A stretch of DNA of 64,000 bases. It comes from Vitrella brassicaformis CCMP3155. Taxonomy: Eukaryota; Protista; Chromerida. Shown here one piece after another: positions 13,718 to 24,994 of this stretch. The stretch is taken from assembly GCA_001179505.1 (NCBI GenBank), contig CDMY01000284.1, forward strand, positions 62,001 to 126,000, read 5' to 3'. Numbering within the stretch: the stretch's first letter is position 1; every line of letters begins with the position of its first letter. The notes below the pieces were generated by a model. It did no database searches. It was not told where the DNA came from and saw only the letters and a list, made by a program, of their open reading frames with translations. Both the position numbers and the translations under genes were made by a program.

Positions 13718-15330
13718 CTAGGACGCATTCGCCTTGTTCCTCTGGCGGCCTTGTTCCGGGGTCACGGACGGGGGAGCGGGGATGAAGGACCGAGGGACAA
13801 AGCGGGCGGCAGCGGGGCTCAACTCATCTTCACACACAGGCTCACCCGAATCGCTCAATCTGACGAGAAAAAGGGACAAAAACAATGAAGGTGTGTGTGT
13901 TCGACTTTCTTTCTGCCATCCCATCTGTGTGTGTGCTGCTCACCTACATGCACGCACAGGGGCTGGCTGGCTGGCTGGCTCTAACTCTCTTGGTGACCTT
14001 TGAGAGGAGGGGGCAGCACTTGGGGTGTGGCGAAGAAGGCCTGCCGTCCAGCCAAATTAGAGGAGAGGGCATGTTGGGAGAGGGAAGAAACGCAAGGGAG
14101 TGGGTTTGTAGTGAGAGTGAGGCGCCCCGAAGGATGGCACACCGATAAAAGGGACTCCCGAAGGAATGGCCTGCCAAAGCCAGACAGCCGCCTCGAGCAC
14201 ACCTACACCTACACACACACACACGCAGAGAGAGAGAGAGAGAGAGAGAGAGATGGTCCGATGCCCCCCCAACGCCCAACCACCCGCCCATCCGGCTACC
14301 TACCGAGTGCGCCGAGCATGGCTTGGGGCGACTGGCAGGTGGACAGATGAGGGACCCTGTTGATCCACGCGGGGCAGCCGGAGGTGAACATGGGCAGGGG
14401 CGACTGACTCCTGCGAGGGGGCGGTGATGCGCGTGAGTAGCTCGGCGCCCTCTTCCATGATGCAGGTGTCCGCCGCCAAGTTGGTGTCGCACACTAAATC
14501 GTGCAGTCCGTATCATACCTGGCACTCATAGACGCACGTGAGATTGGCGTGTGTGTGTTGTGCGTGTACTCCGTCATTCACTCACGTGTTCCTCTGTGAG
14601 GACGACCGTATGGCGGGCGCCACCTGGGCGATGGTCACCTTGCCCTCCTCCTTCAGCTTGCTCAACGTCTCCTGAACAATGGACGTACATGCACACACAT
14701 GGTCAGACAGGCGTCACGTGGCGCCCCTTTCTCCCTCCCTCCCTCCCTCCCTCCCTCCCTCCCCCCTCACCCTGATCGGCATGTAAGGTGACGGCCTGCT
14801 GCTCGGCCACTGAGAGGCGTCTCAGCGCGACCTGGCTATCGCTTGTTATGCACGTGGTGAAAATCTTATTGAAGAGCGAACCCGCGCGCTGCTGGTCTTC
14901 GCCCTCTTTGCGAGCCGAGTGACGCAGTCTGGTGGACCTGGCGTCTACGACTCGCGTGTCTCGCCCGCGGCTGCTGCAGCCTCCTGGACCAGCTCCTCAC
15001 GCTTCTTCGTCTCGGCCTGCACGCGCCATGGAAAGACAGACAGTCAGGGGCATAGGAATGGGGGAGATTTGTGGCATTGTGGTCTGGTGGCTCTGTGCCG
15101 CCGCCGGCCTCCCAAAGGTCACGGGCACGGCTCTGCTACCTGAAAGTATCGCAACACCCCCACATCTGACGTGGGTAGCCTGTGTGTATCGTGGGCTTAC
15201 TCGTTGGCGACAGCCTCAGGCGACTTGTTGATCTTATGTAGCAGCTCGCCTGACATACTCACACACACACCGACAGAGTGACCCATGTTGGTTGTTGGTT
15301 GCCTTCGCCCTCTCGTCACCTGACGAGTTG
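13718..15330 (-). pseudogene. Hypothetical coiled-coil gene or remnant, multi-exon; last exon carries a PAM2-like motif
   Basis: Exon-like segments LLHKINKSPEAVANE, AETKKREELVQEAAAAAGETRES* (in-frame TAG), ETLSKLKEEGKVTIAQ and LSPAAARFVPR. No clean continuous frame was reconstructed. Confidence 0.35.
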
Positions 15331-15431
15331 GGGCATGGTGCTGTCTTCACCAGTGGGAACAAGTAGACGTGTCGGGTGCGCCCCTCCACCAGCCGGTGTG
15401 CCAATCTCAGCTGCAGGGGAAGAGACACCAT

Positions 15432-15454
15432 GATATAAAATGCAGGCAGCGATC
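15432..15454. repeat. Local 23-bp motif, copy 2
   Basis: gatataaaatgcaggcagcgatc, exactly 1800 bp from copy 1. Confidence 0.9.
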
Positions 15455-16930
15455 ACTGAGAGCTCTCGGTTGTCTTCGTTTTTCCGGAATGGCCTCTGCA
15501 CGGCAGGTACAGTACAAGGTACAGTACACGCTAGTGTGTCGTGTACCGCTCGTATGTGCGTGCATCGACCCAGCCACCCTCCCACCTCAGCCGGGTTGAC
15601 GGCCTGCGGGCCTGCGTGTGTGTGGGGCGCCTGAGGTGAGGGTGTGGGGGCGGCGTCTGGCTGCGGCTCCGGCTGCGGCGGGGCCGCCACCTGCGCCTTG
15701 AGGCCGTCAGCCTGGGCCAGCGTGGCGGCGTAGGAGCTCTGAGTAGAAACACACACACACACACACACACACCCCTAGGTGACTGTATGTTGCACCCAAT
15801 AGCAGCTATTGAGCAGCTCAACATTCACATACATACCAGCATCGCCCGCTCCTTGACGGCGGCGGCCTCGGCCTTCAGGGCCTCGATCTGCGCCTTAACT
15901 TCAGCCTCCCGCCTCTGAGGAAGAGTACAATAACACATCAAAAGAGAAGGAAGCATCGTCCGTGCATGGTGGCATCGCATACCTCCGTGCACTGCCGCGT
16001 CCTCGAAGGCAACCCACTCGGCGTCTGAAAGGGCGTCCAGCCGCCGCTCCAGCTCCTGTCATAGAAACGCACCACAGGTACCGCATTTTATCGTGTCTGT
16101 CGAAGCGAACGCACCCCTCTTTCTCGTGAGTGCGAGCGTAACGCTTACCCCGGGGAAATTTGGTGGCGAGCAGAGCCGCATTGGCCACGCAGGTCCGCCA
16201 ATCCCCCGGGTCGAGGATGACTTCTGCAAGGTCGTCAGGGGCCCGGGCGAGCTCCTCGGGCGTCGAACGCGCGGCGGGCGGCAATTCAGTAGCTGCGATG
16301 ACGCAGCGAGGGCCTCAAAGAGGCCCGGCGTGCTGTTCTGCAAACATCCCACAACACACACGACATACACGGAGATAAGAATTTGGAATGACACACAGGG
16401 AAGAGCATTTATTTAGTTGCCGCCTTGAGTACCATCTCACGCAGCCGCGTCCGCCAGATGGCGTACTCCTCCTCGGTGAAGGCGTCGATGCGACGCCGAA
16501 GCCCCTGTCACATCACACATTCACATCAAATGCAGGACACCTTTGATGTGTATGTCTTTCCCACGCCCGTGTGCGAGCCCACCTCCGTCTGGGAAGAAGT
16601 AAGACAGCTTCGCCACGTCCCTCAGGAGCGTAGTCAGGGTGACCTCGGAAACGTCATTGCAGCAGCAGCAACAGCAACAACAATCCACTCGAAGAACAAA
16701 GATCCATCTTCCTCGAGCGAAGGGCCCCCAGCAGGCCTCTGCAAAGCCGCATAAGACAAAACGAATAGCGCAGGTGTCTGATCACTTGTATACCATCTCA
16801 CTCAGTGAATGCGCCAATGATGCAACACTTCAGGTGCTGGGAGACATACACGCCAAGCAAAGCAATGAACGCCTTGTCACTCTCAGTGTGAGCCCACTTA
16901 CGCCTGGGAAGAACCAGCCGTCTTGTCTCA
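15450..16930 (-). pseudogene. Decayed paralog units carrying three copies of the FP-G|ELxRR module plus KAQIEALKAE coiled-coil exons
   Basis: AALLATKFPRG|ELERRLDALSDAEW, VAKLSYFFPDG|GLRRRIDAFTEEE, GWFFPG|HLKCCIIGAFTE*, RREAEVKAQIEALKAE and SSYAATLAQADGLKAQ. Splice-phase mismatches and a stop are present. Confidence 0.55.
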
Positions 16931-17077
16931 TTCGGCCCCCTTACGCCTCTCGATGACCAACGACTGAGACTGTCGACACAAGAACAACAGGGGAGACATC
17001 ATGCACGCCAAAGTGCCCTGTCGTTCCCTTTTGTACCTCTCCAGGCGGTTTGACGTGAGAGGGAGAAGAGACATAGA

Positions 17078-17100
17078 GATATAAAATGTAGGCAGTGATA
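17078..17100. repeat. Local 23-bp motif, copy 3, directly after the stop codon of the 17102 ORF
   Basis: gatataaaatgtaggcagtgata, identical to copy 1. Confidence 0.9.
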
Positions 17101-17101
17101 C

Positions 17102-18175
17102 TCAGGGCCGCTGCCCTTCTTCTAAGCGCCCACAAGGCCACCCCGGTTGGGTTGACGGCCACCACTGCTCGAGCACCTCCCGCCACCACTTCTTGAGCCG
17201 CATAATGGCATCCTGTGACTCGCTCCTGGCCTCCCACACGCCCCTCCATGTGTACTCCCAGTACATATATTTCCCGCGCACACCATTCCACCCCCACCCC
17301 TCCATCCAGTCGGCCTCCATGGCCTCGGCGCTGTCGGGCGCCGGGCCAATGACCTCGACGGCCATGCCGGGCTGGAAGGGGAGGTACAGCAGTGGCGGGG
17401 CTGGTGGGGATGGGAGGGGGTTGCCAGGTGGCGTGTATGGGGGCTCAGCCAGCCCAGAGGTGGCAGCCGGAGCGGCGGGGGTGGAGGAGGCCGGAGGAGG
17501 TGCGGTAGGGCTGGTGGCCGCCCTGTGGAGCTCTGCCTTGCAGGCAGCCGCCACCTCGTCTGACTCCTTCAGAAAGGCTTTCTTGGCCTTCAAACCCGCG
17601 AGCTCGGCCATCAGGCCCGACTGCGCGCTCTGAAAGGGACAGCATACAGGCCACGTGTGTCAAAAGGTCTCGGTGTGTGCATCGCCGAAGGCGTACCACT
17701 CCCTCCATGAGGGCCTCTATCTCGGCCTTGAGGGCCTCTATCTGCGCCTTGAGGGGCGGCTGTCGCCTCTGAGGAACAAATCATACCATCAGGAGAGAGG
17801 CAATCGGTGTGCTCCACTGCACCAGACAGAGAGAGAATGCATTGGCTTTTGCATTGGCTTGCATACCTCTCTGCTTCTCGAGGCCCTGCGCCAGCTGGCC
17901 GCGGAGCTCCTCGTCAGTCATGGCAGCCACGCGCTTCTTGAGCTCCTCCTGCCACATAAACGGACACGTCACGGAAGCCATGTATTGTCAATCCAACGGA
18001 ACTCCCTCTCAAGTGTGAGGCTGCTTACGCCTGGGAACTTGAGGGCCAGCAGCTTGGCGCTCCTCTTGGCCGCGTTGAAGTCCCGGGTGTGGAGGTCAAT
18101 GTCCTTGGCGTCTGCCGGTGCCCTGGCGACGGCAGATGGCGGCACGTACAGCGCCATGGGCGGGCGCTCACACAA
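17102..18175 (-). CDS. Hypothetical protein: module exon pair, coiled coil, Pro-rich linker and Trp-rich C-terminus (apparently the most intact array member)
   Basis: AAKRSAKLLALKFPG|EELKKRVAAMTDEE, RRQPPLKAQIEALKAEIEAL, AELAGLKAK and PFQPGMAVEV...YMYWEYTWRGVWEA. Confidence 0.55.
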
Positions 18176-19140
18176 AGGGGATGATACGGGGGTGCTCTCC
18201 GCTCACAGGCAGCAACAGGCGCCAGCAACAATCGGCCCACTCGAAGAGGAGGTCGTCGAGGTCGCACTTGGTGAAGGACTTGAGCATGGCAATGCCCTCA
18301 CTGAAGGTGCTCATTGCCTCGCCGTCCACTATCATGCCCTGCTAACGATTCACAAGCCAGCCGCGATCCTTACACGCCTCCAGGTACTCCCCAGAGACGA
18401 AGACATCCGCTGGAAGTAGCCGATGAATGCTTGAGAAGAGAAATGGTCGGATGATGTGCGCGATGGTCTGATTGTTGAACATGTAGTCGGAAGCCACGTG
18501 GTCCGCCCCGACCAGCTTCAACTCCAGCGCCGGCACCGGGCCGAAATGCTGAGCACATGACCGGCCAGCAGTTCGCGCAAGTCACTGACGAGATCATCTG
18601 CCAGCACGATGGCCTCCTGCTCGTCCTTGGCACGGTTCATCTTGTCGCACAAGTCAGGGATGTTGTATGTGGACTGGAAGTCCGTGATGATCGTCCAGTC
18701 ATCACCTGACCGACCACCACACAGACATACCCACAAGATGAATGAATGGATGGATGATCTGTGTGCCCCTGCCCGCCCCTGCTTACCCAGGTAGTCCATT
18801 GCCACAACGGACACGTGCTTCGCTGGGCGTCCATCCGGCCTCAGCACGCCTTGTTTGGCTCCATCGAAATAGGGCCGCACAAACGGCGTGTCCAGCCACT
18901 TGCGCTCCTCGTTGCCGACCGATGCCGCCACATGCCGGAGCCGCGAGGCCTCCTGTCGCGCTTCAAACTCTCTCTCGCACAGCTTGAAGTCGGGGCGCCC
19001 AGACGCTTCTCGACTTCCTGCCACACGGACAAATCACATGGATGGTGAGCACGAGGCGAGTGTGAGGCTGCTTACCTCCGGGAACTTGACGGCCAGCAGC
19101 TTGGCGCTCCTCTTGGCCGCCTTGTCGTCTCGTCTGAATT
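18170..19140 (-). pseudogene. Frameshifted array member with an extra unknown domain
   Basis: AAKRSAKLLAVKFPE|EVEKRLGA, then a shift to DFKLCEREFEARQ. A second shift occurs near 18555 (LLAGHV / AQHFGPVPALELK). An in-frame TAA lies just upstream of the module. Confidence 0.55.
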
Positions 19141-19417
19141 ATTCCACCCATGAATTGGCCGACCCAGAAACAGGCAAAGAAACAGGCAAAGAAACAGTCC
19201 AGCCGCAACTCCAGCGCCCGCATCCGTGCCCGAATGCTGAGGAGGTGACCCGCCAGACGAATTTTGCGGAGGATTTTGCGGAAAAAAAGCTCTCCGTCGT
19301 CTCCCGTCGAGAATTCTCGCTGATGCAATCGTCATGCCTCCGTGAGGACGCCCCGCCATCAACGATTTAGGCTTTCGTGAAACCGCTTTCCCCAAGCTTG
19401 CAAAAGGAGGGGAGCAA

Positions 19418-21028
19418 ATGGGGAAACAGCGTCAGAAGGAGAGGCTACAGGGAAAGGGCGACGACGAGCCCAAAGACCACCGTGGTTGGATAGCGCGAGA
19501 GAGGCCCCAGCGTGCGTGCCGACAGAAGCCACCTGGGCATCACTCGAGCGGGGGCGACAGTAACCCGGGCGAGAGGGGCGGCAGAGGTGGGCATGGCAAT
19601 GGGAATGGCAAGTTGCTGCCATCACGCAAGAGAAGGCGATCGCCTCGAGCCCCCACGGCACAGAAGCCGTCCGGCAAGCGGCAAGGCAGCCCGCCGCGAG
19701 AGCCCATTTCGTGCCAGCATGACGACCTCCTTAACTTCATGGCCGACTTCGATAGGCAGGGCATCAATGTGCCGCCGCTGGTGCGGGGGGATGGTGGGAA
19801 TGGCGGTGTCAACGCACACTTTATCGTTGTGGGTGCGGGAGTTGCTGGTCTGACGGCTGCAGCTATGCTCAAGAGGAGGGGGTATCGGGTGATCGTCTTG
19901 GGAGGGAAGGGACAGGTGAGAAACGGATGAACGATTGACGACTTGTCCGTCCAGACAGACATACCAGCGACTTGATGGATGTTTGTATGTTTGAATGTTT
20001 GTATGTATGTATGTGCCTCCCTTCCTTCCTTGTTGTGTTGTTCCTTCCTTCCTTCAGGGTTGGCGGCCGCATCCACACCAAGACACTTCCTGCCAAAGAC
20101 AGCCTGCCTGAGACCAAGGTGAGTGAGCCGCAACGCAACACAACAGGCTTTCCGACTCCCTTTGTTCCGCCCGCCTCATCTACATGCAGTACACGCACCG
20201 CACCGCACCCATCTGTCTCTGTCTGTGTGTGTGGTGTGGTGCACTCACTGCAGGTGGATCTCGGCGCCAACTGGCTGCACGTTGCACCAGGAGATCCGCA
20301 CTATCCCTGGGATTTGGCGGCGGCACTTGGAATCGAAACTTCTGCTGTGATGGGTGAGCGAGACAGCGACGCAGCGGTTGTTCGTCGTTTCGCCACCACC
20401 AACCACCACCACTAACTAGACCATCTCTCTCCCCTCCCTGTCATGCAGGCGGCAAGTGGGAGCCGACCGAGTTTGCGAACTGGTATGACGAGCAAGGACG
20501 GCAGATACCGCAGGCCATCATCATCAAGTAAGCACAGATACCCCTCGTGCACCTTCTGTCAGCCCTCCATGCTCTCCTTCATGAACGCACCTGTGGTGCT
20601 GCAGGGCCCACCTTCTCACTGAGCGGGCGATGGCACACATGGTGGCCCAGAAGCACAAGGAGGACCAAGCCACTACATCGCCAGGACCCTTCCCAGGCCA
20701 GCTGGCTGCCCTTCCCCCATTTCCCCCATCCGGCAGCAGCTCCTTCCAAGACTGGTTCGGCATTGCCCTCAACCACGCCCTCAACGAGGAGGCACAGGCG
20801 CGGGGGGAGCGGCGACGGGCCGACGAGAGGAATCGCAACAGGCGCAAGACCAGCCGCGCCCGTGAGCAGGCTGCATCGCTGGCGGCCGATCAGGCGGAGA
20901 GGGACGAGAGGGAGCTCGAGATGATTCGGCAGATGGGCACCAAGACCGCTCGCGTACGGATCGGCATCTTGGCGAGATCGATGCCCTTCTCAACTGCAGA
21001 TAATGGCGATTATAGTGCATGTGGGTGA
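19418..21028 (+). pseudogene. Flavin-dependent amine oxidase (MAO/PAO/LSD1-like) N-terminal half, frameshifted and truncated
   Basis: VVGAGVAGLTAAAML...VIVL, [extra G at ~19901] EGRDR|VGGRIHT and VDLGANWLH. The C-terminal FAD/substrate half is absent before the next gene. Confidence 0.75.
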
Positions 21029-21032
21029 CAGG

Positions 21033-24000
21033 TTAACAGGCGGGGATCGCTTTCTCACCCATGTAGTTGACGTATTTTCTCCATCCCTTGACTTCATGCG
21101 GCTTGACAGTCCTGATGACGGGGTTGGACGGCGAGGGGCATGACTGGAGGCAGCAGTAGGCCTCTGACGGCTTGGCAGCGTTGGCATAGTAGTTGATGGC
21201 GTTGCACAGCTCCGTCTCCTCGATGGCCTCGCACTCCATTTTGCACAGCTCAACTGACCCAACTCCCGTCTTGCAGGCCCCACCAACCGCCAGGCACCCC
21301 AGCACCCAGGTCTCGCCCATCCCAATCTCATGCCAGTCCCCTGAAGTGGCTGCATAGTGTCAAGCACGCATTGAGACATGCAGAAGAGACCTTTCAGGGA
21401 TGTTCCTTGGGCTGGACTGGACTGACCGAAGCAGACGAATTCCTCCTTGTCTGTGTTGATTCTTTCGAGGAAGTGGGGGAGCTTGGTGGCCGAGATCTCC
21501 GCCAGAAGGGGACTGTCGCGGTCGCACGAGTAGGTCGGGGCGGCTGTCGAGCTGTCCTCACCCGCCTTGGTGTCCTTGATGCGGCAGCAACCGTGCATAC
21601 CGGGGTGAGCTCCGACTGCACCCATGAAGCAGCGAGATGAGCAGAGCGGGAAGATTTGTGTCTCATGGCTGTTCCAACCTTTCCTCTTGGTCACGAACGA
21701 GGTCCCGGGTTCAGCAATGATCTTGTAGACCTCCTCCATGTCCTTGCCGCCCCTTGTGCCGCGGATGAACCGCCCTATCCACTCCTTGGGCACGAGAGGC
21801 GGCCCCTCTGGCAGACCCTCTAGCTGCTGAGCCTTCACTTGCTTCACCTTCTTGCAAGGATTGCCTGCACGCATAAGTACATCACCGCAGCAGTCACTGA
21901 GTGCGTGAGTCGCCTGTCTGTGTGGCCTTGCTTGCCATAGATGGTGTCTCCGCATTTGGAGAAGGTCGCCCGCTTGAAGACGCAAAGTGCCGTTGTGTTG
22001 TCCAGCGGGTATCTCATGTCGCCTTCGCAACTGCTGAGGGCATCCCGCCCCAAGACCTCAGCGAACTCATCTTCCGGCAAAGCGTCTAAGAAGTATATTG
22101 TGTCGTTGTAATCGTGCCGCTGGAACCGATTTCTCAGCACTGTACAACGAGAGGCAGAGAGACACGTCGATGGCATGACGGGGAGTCAGTCTGCTGTATC
22201 TTGCTCACTTGGGATCTTCAGATAGATGGGCTTGTCAGTGCATCCGACAAGTATCTCCTTGTTGAACACTTTGAGATTGGCGATGGTCATGACAGCCTTG
22301 TCGCTATCCGAAAGCTCCGCCTCGACCGCCTCCGTGTCAGTCTCAGACTCGCTGCTCGGAGGAGCAACTGTTGGTTCAGGTGTGGTCTCGGATGCAGTGA
22401 GCTCAGGTGAGCGGGTTTTCCTCGGCGGGGGGTTGGATATGATGAACGACTCGATCGATCCCTCACCCAGCCCGTCATCCTCCTCTTCCTCCCTCGCCCC
22501 CTCCTCCCTCTCCGCCACCCGTTTCGTCAGCTCGCCAAAGGCCCCCTCCCCTCCTACCGTGCTGATGAAACTGCTGAGAACCTCCTCTGTGACGGGCTGC
22601 AGGCGATGGAACAGCATCTTGGGCTCGTCAGGAGAGTCGTTGAGGACTTGGCCGCCAAATGCGCGGCTGTAACAAGGGTCGCCGAAGGGGTTTTTGCAGC
22701 ACTCGGGCCGCGTGAGGCGGAGACGGTAGCCGTTGAGGAGGTCAGGGGAGATGAGGACGAGGAACCACTCGTAGTGGTTGTCTGCGGGCTTGTCGTCGCC
22801 TTTGTATTCGGGATTGTCGATGAATTTGCCATGCCAGTTCTGACAGAAGAGCTCTCCCTCGCGAGTGGCCGCCATAGAAGAGAACAGACCGGGCCTGACA
22901 TAGCATGTATACACGAACTTTGCCTCTCCTGCTGTCGGCTTGTCACGTGTGCTGCAAAGCACCTGAGTCTCTGTATGCCGCACAGTTCCTCACTGCTTTC
23001 TCTGAGCGCAGCGCACACGTCACCTCTCTGCGTTTTGCACTTGTGCACTCGACTGCACGCTGGCACCAGAAGCTTTGTGTACAGACCGGCGTTGTCCCGA
23101 CGGACTGATCCCAAGGGAGAGAAACACACCGACACATGCACGGATGCACACGTGTGTATCTGTAGGAAAATGTCCAGCGGTCATACTCACCCAGGCACAT
23201 GTATCTGTCGTCCCAGGATGTGTCTTGTGCGCCGCTGGGCTGCCACGGCAGGCATGTCTCGCGGTCCTTCAAACTCGGAGATGCGTTATCCACAAATGAG
23301 AGGTCGGACGACTGAGGCCAGGCTCTGCTGACACAGACGTATCCCTTCTCGGGTGGGTCGACGATGTTGTACACTTCGATGCAGGTCTTGTCTGGGACAA
23401 TCCTCTTCTCCCAGGTGATTCCAATGTCCGCACGACCGCTCCGGACGCACAGGGCCGCTTGCTTGACGTTGAGCACCTTCGTGCATTGGTACTGGTCGGG
23501 ATTCATCTCGTCAGTTCTCTGGGCGAAGGCAAAATCATCAGGGAAGCGCGGCCATGGCCTTTGAAGACCCTCTTTGTCTGAGTGGATAGACGAATGGCAC
23601 GACAGACAAGTTGCACAGCAACGTCTGTCCAACACAATCGGTGGGTGGGCGATGGTGTCTTACTGGTCGCCCCGGCTCGATAGGTCAAGTAGATGTCATC
23701 GTCAAGATCCTCCCTGGTGAAGTACTTGTCCGCGGCCTCGCTTCTCGCGTCCCGAACCAGCGTCCCTGAGAGCGTTCGAACCGGTCTAGGAATGCCAACC
23801 ACATAGTTGCTGCCGCCTCCAGCCCCCTGGTGAGGAACTTGCCCGAGTACAAGGTGCATGAGCCTGTCTTCTTTGAGAACTCCCAAATCTCGCACTCCGA
23901 CCTCTTGATGCACTTGTCACAACAGGACGCTGCACCTGGGTTGTCGTCCAGCGGATTGTCGGCATGCCCCACACTCTGCTCGATAGCTCCCACAGGGCGT

Positions 24001-24440
24001 CGACTGTCGTCCTGCGACTCGCTGGAGGGAGAGGGTGGTGGCGCTTCGGCCTCGATCAGGCCATCAGGAGGGTCCTTCTGCAGCCTTCTTGGCCGTCTGT
24101 CTTTGCGGACGCGTCACTTGAGTTGGATAAAGGCGGGTGGAGCTGGGAAGTCGTGGGGAAGGGGATGGGCTTCCATGTGTGTTTGCAGTAGGACGGATGC
24201 CAGGGGGGTGGGATTGCCGACTAATTTGCTATTCGGGTACGCTGTGCAGTCTGAAAACAAGGATACATGCATCGCATCGCCTTGCAGTGTGGGCTTCATC
24301 GCCCTCACTTCCTCACCGTGGCAGTCGCTGTATTGCTGTGTTCCTGTCCAGACAATGGCTTTCGTTGCCAAGACACCAGCGCCGGCAAAGGCCGCTGCTA
24401 GACGACGCACCCAACGTCTCCCGTGGACGTGTTGTGGCAT
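21033..24440 (-). CDS. Cys-rich secreted-type protein with PAN/apple-like domains; 5' part disrupted
   Basis: Hydrophobic N-terminus, CCDKCIKRSECEIWEFSKKTGSCTLYSG and CKMECEAIEETELCNAINYY apple-like motifs. The 3' exons splice in frame. In-frame TGA at 24114 and an apparent frameshift at 23823-23827. Confidence 0.6.
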
Positions 24441-24994
24441 TCTCGGCCTCCTGCTATGTCCATGGGGGAGAGCGGTGCACTCGTGTCATCAACCCATATA
24501 GACGGTGCACCTGTACCAAGCAGTGAGAACATACAGGCACGGATGGATATATACAGGCGCTGCAATGCATACCTGTGAAGGCGTGCCTCTCGGCGCAGCG
24601 CCGGGCACGATGTGGCCCAAGCGCTGGTGGCCCCTGCGGGGTGGGGAGAGAAGGGAGAGAGTCTATGGGAGAGACTGGGGCCTGAGCAGGACGTGCTGAT
24701 CCGCGCCTTTTCAACAAGCAGAGAGAGAAGGAAACGCAGGGGAAGTGGGGGTCGCGGGAAAGAGAGAGAGTTGAGAGATTTGAGATTTGCGCGGATTCGG
24801 CTCTCTGATGCTTTAGGGTCGAGTAAAACAAGCCTTGGAGAGCGGAAGACAACACACCACCACAAAAACCTCCAACCTCCGCGCATGAGATCCACTGTAC
24901 CATCTCCGAAGCATCACTAAGGCCAATCGCGCCTTTGATCTCTCGACGGACACCTCGGCATCTGGCGGCGAGGGGTGGAGGCACGTGTGAAGGC

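Noticed and set aside
13469-17100. CRISPR-like array or LTRs from the 23-bp repeats
   Set aside because: Spacing is 0.16-1.8 kb and irregular, the context is eukaryotic, and no cas, RT, integrase or transposase ORF is present.
19165-19197. 12-bp tandem repeat gaaacaggcaaa
   Set aside because: Short slippage repeat in a decayed region with no functional context.
19890-19915. Loss of the FAD-binding Glu in the amine oxidase (VIVLGGKGQ)
   Set aside because: Artefact of a +1 frameshift; the adjacent frame encodes the canonical EGRDR.
24885-24920. Possible uORF upstream of the RND gene
   Set aside because: An 11-codon ORF is expected by chance and the TSS is unknown.
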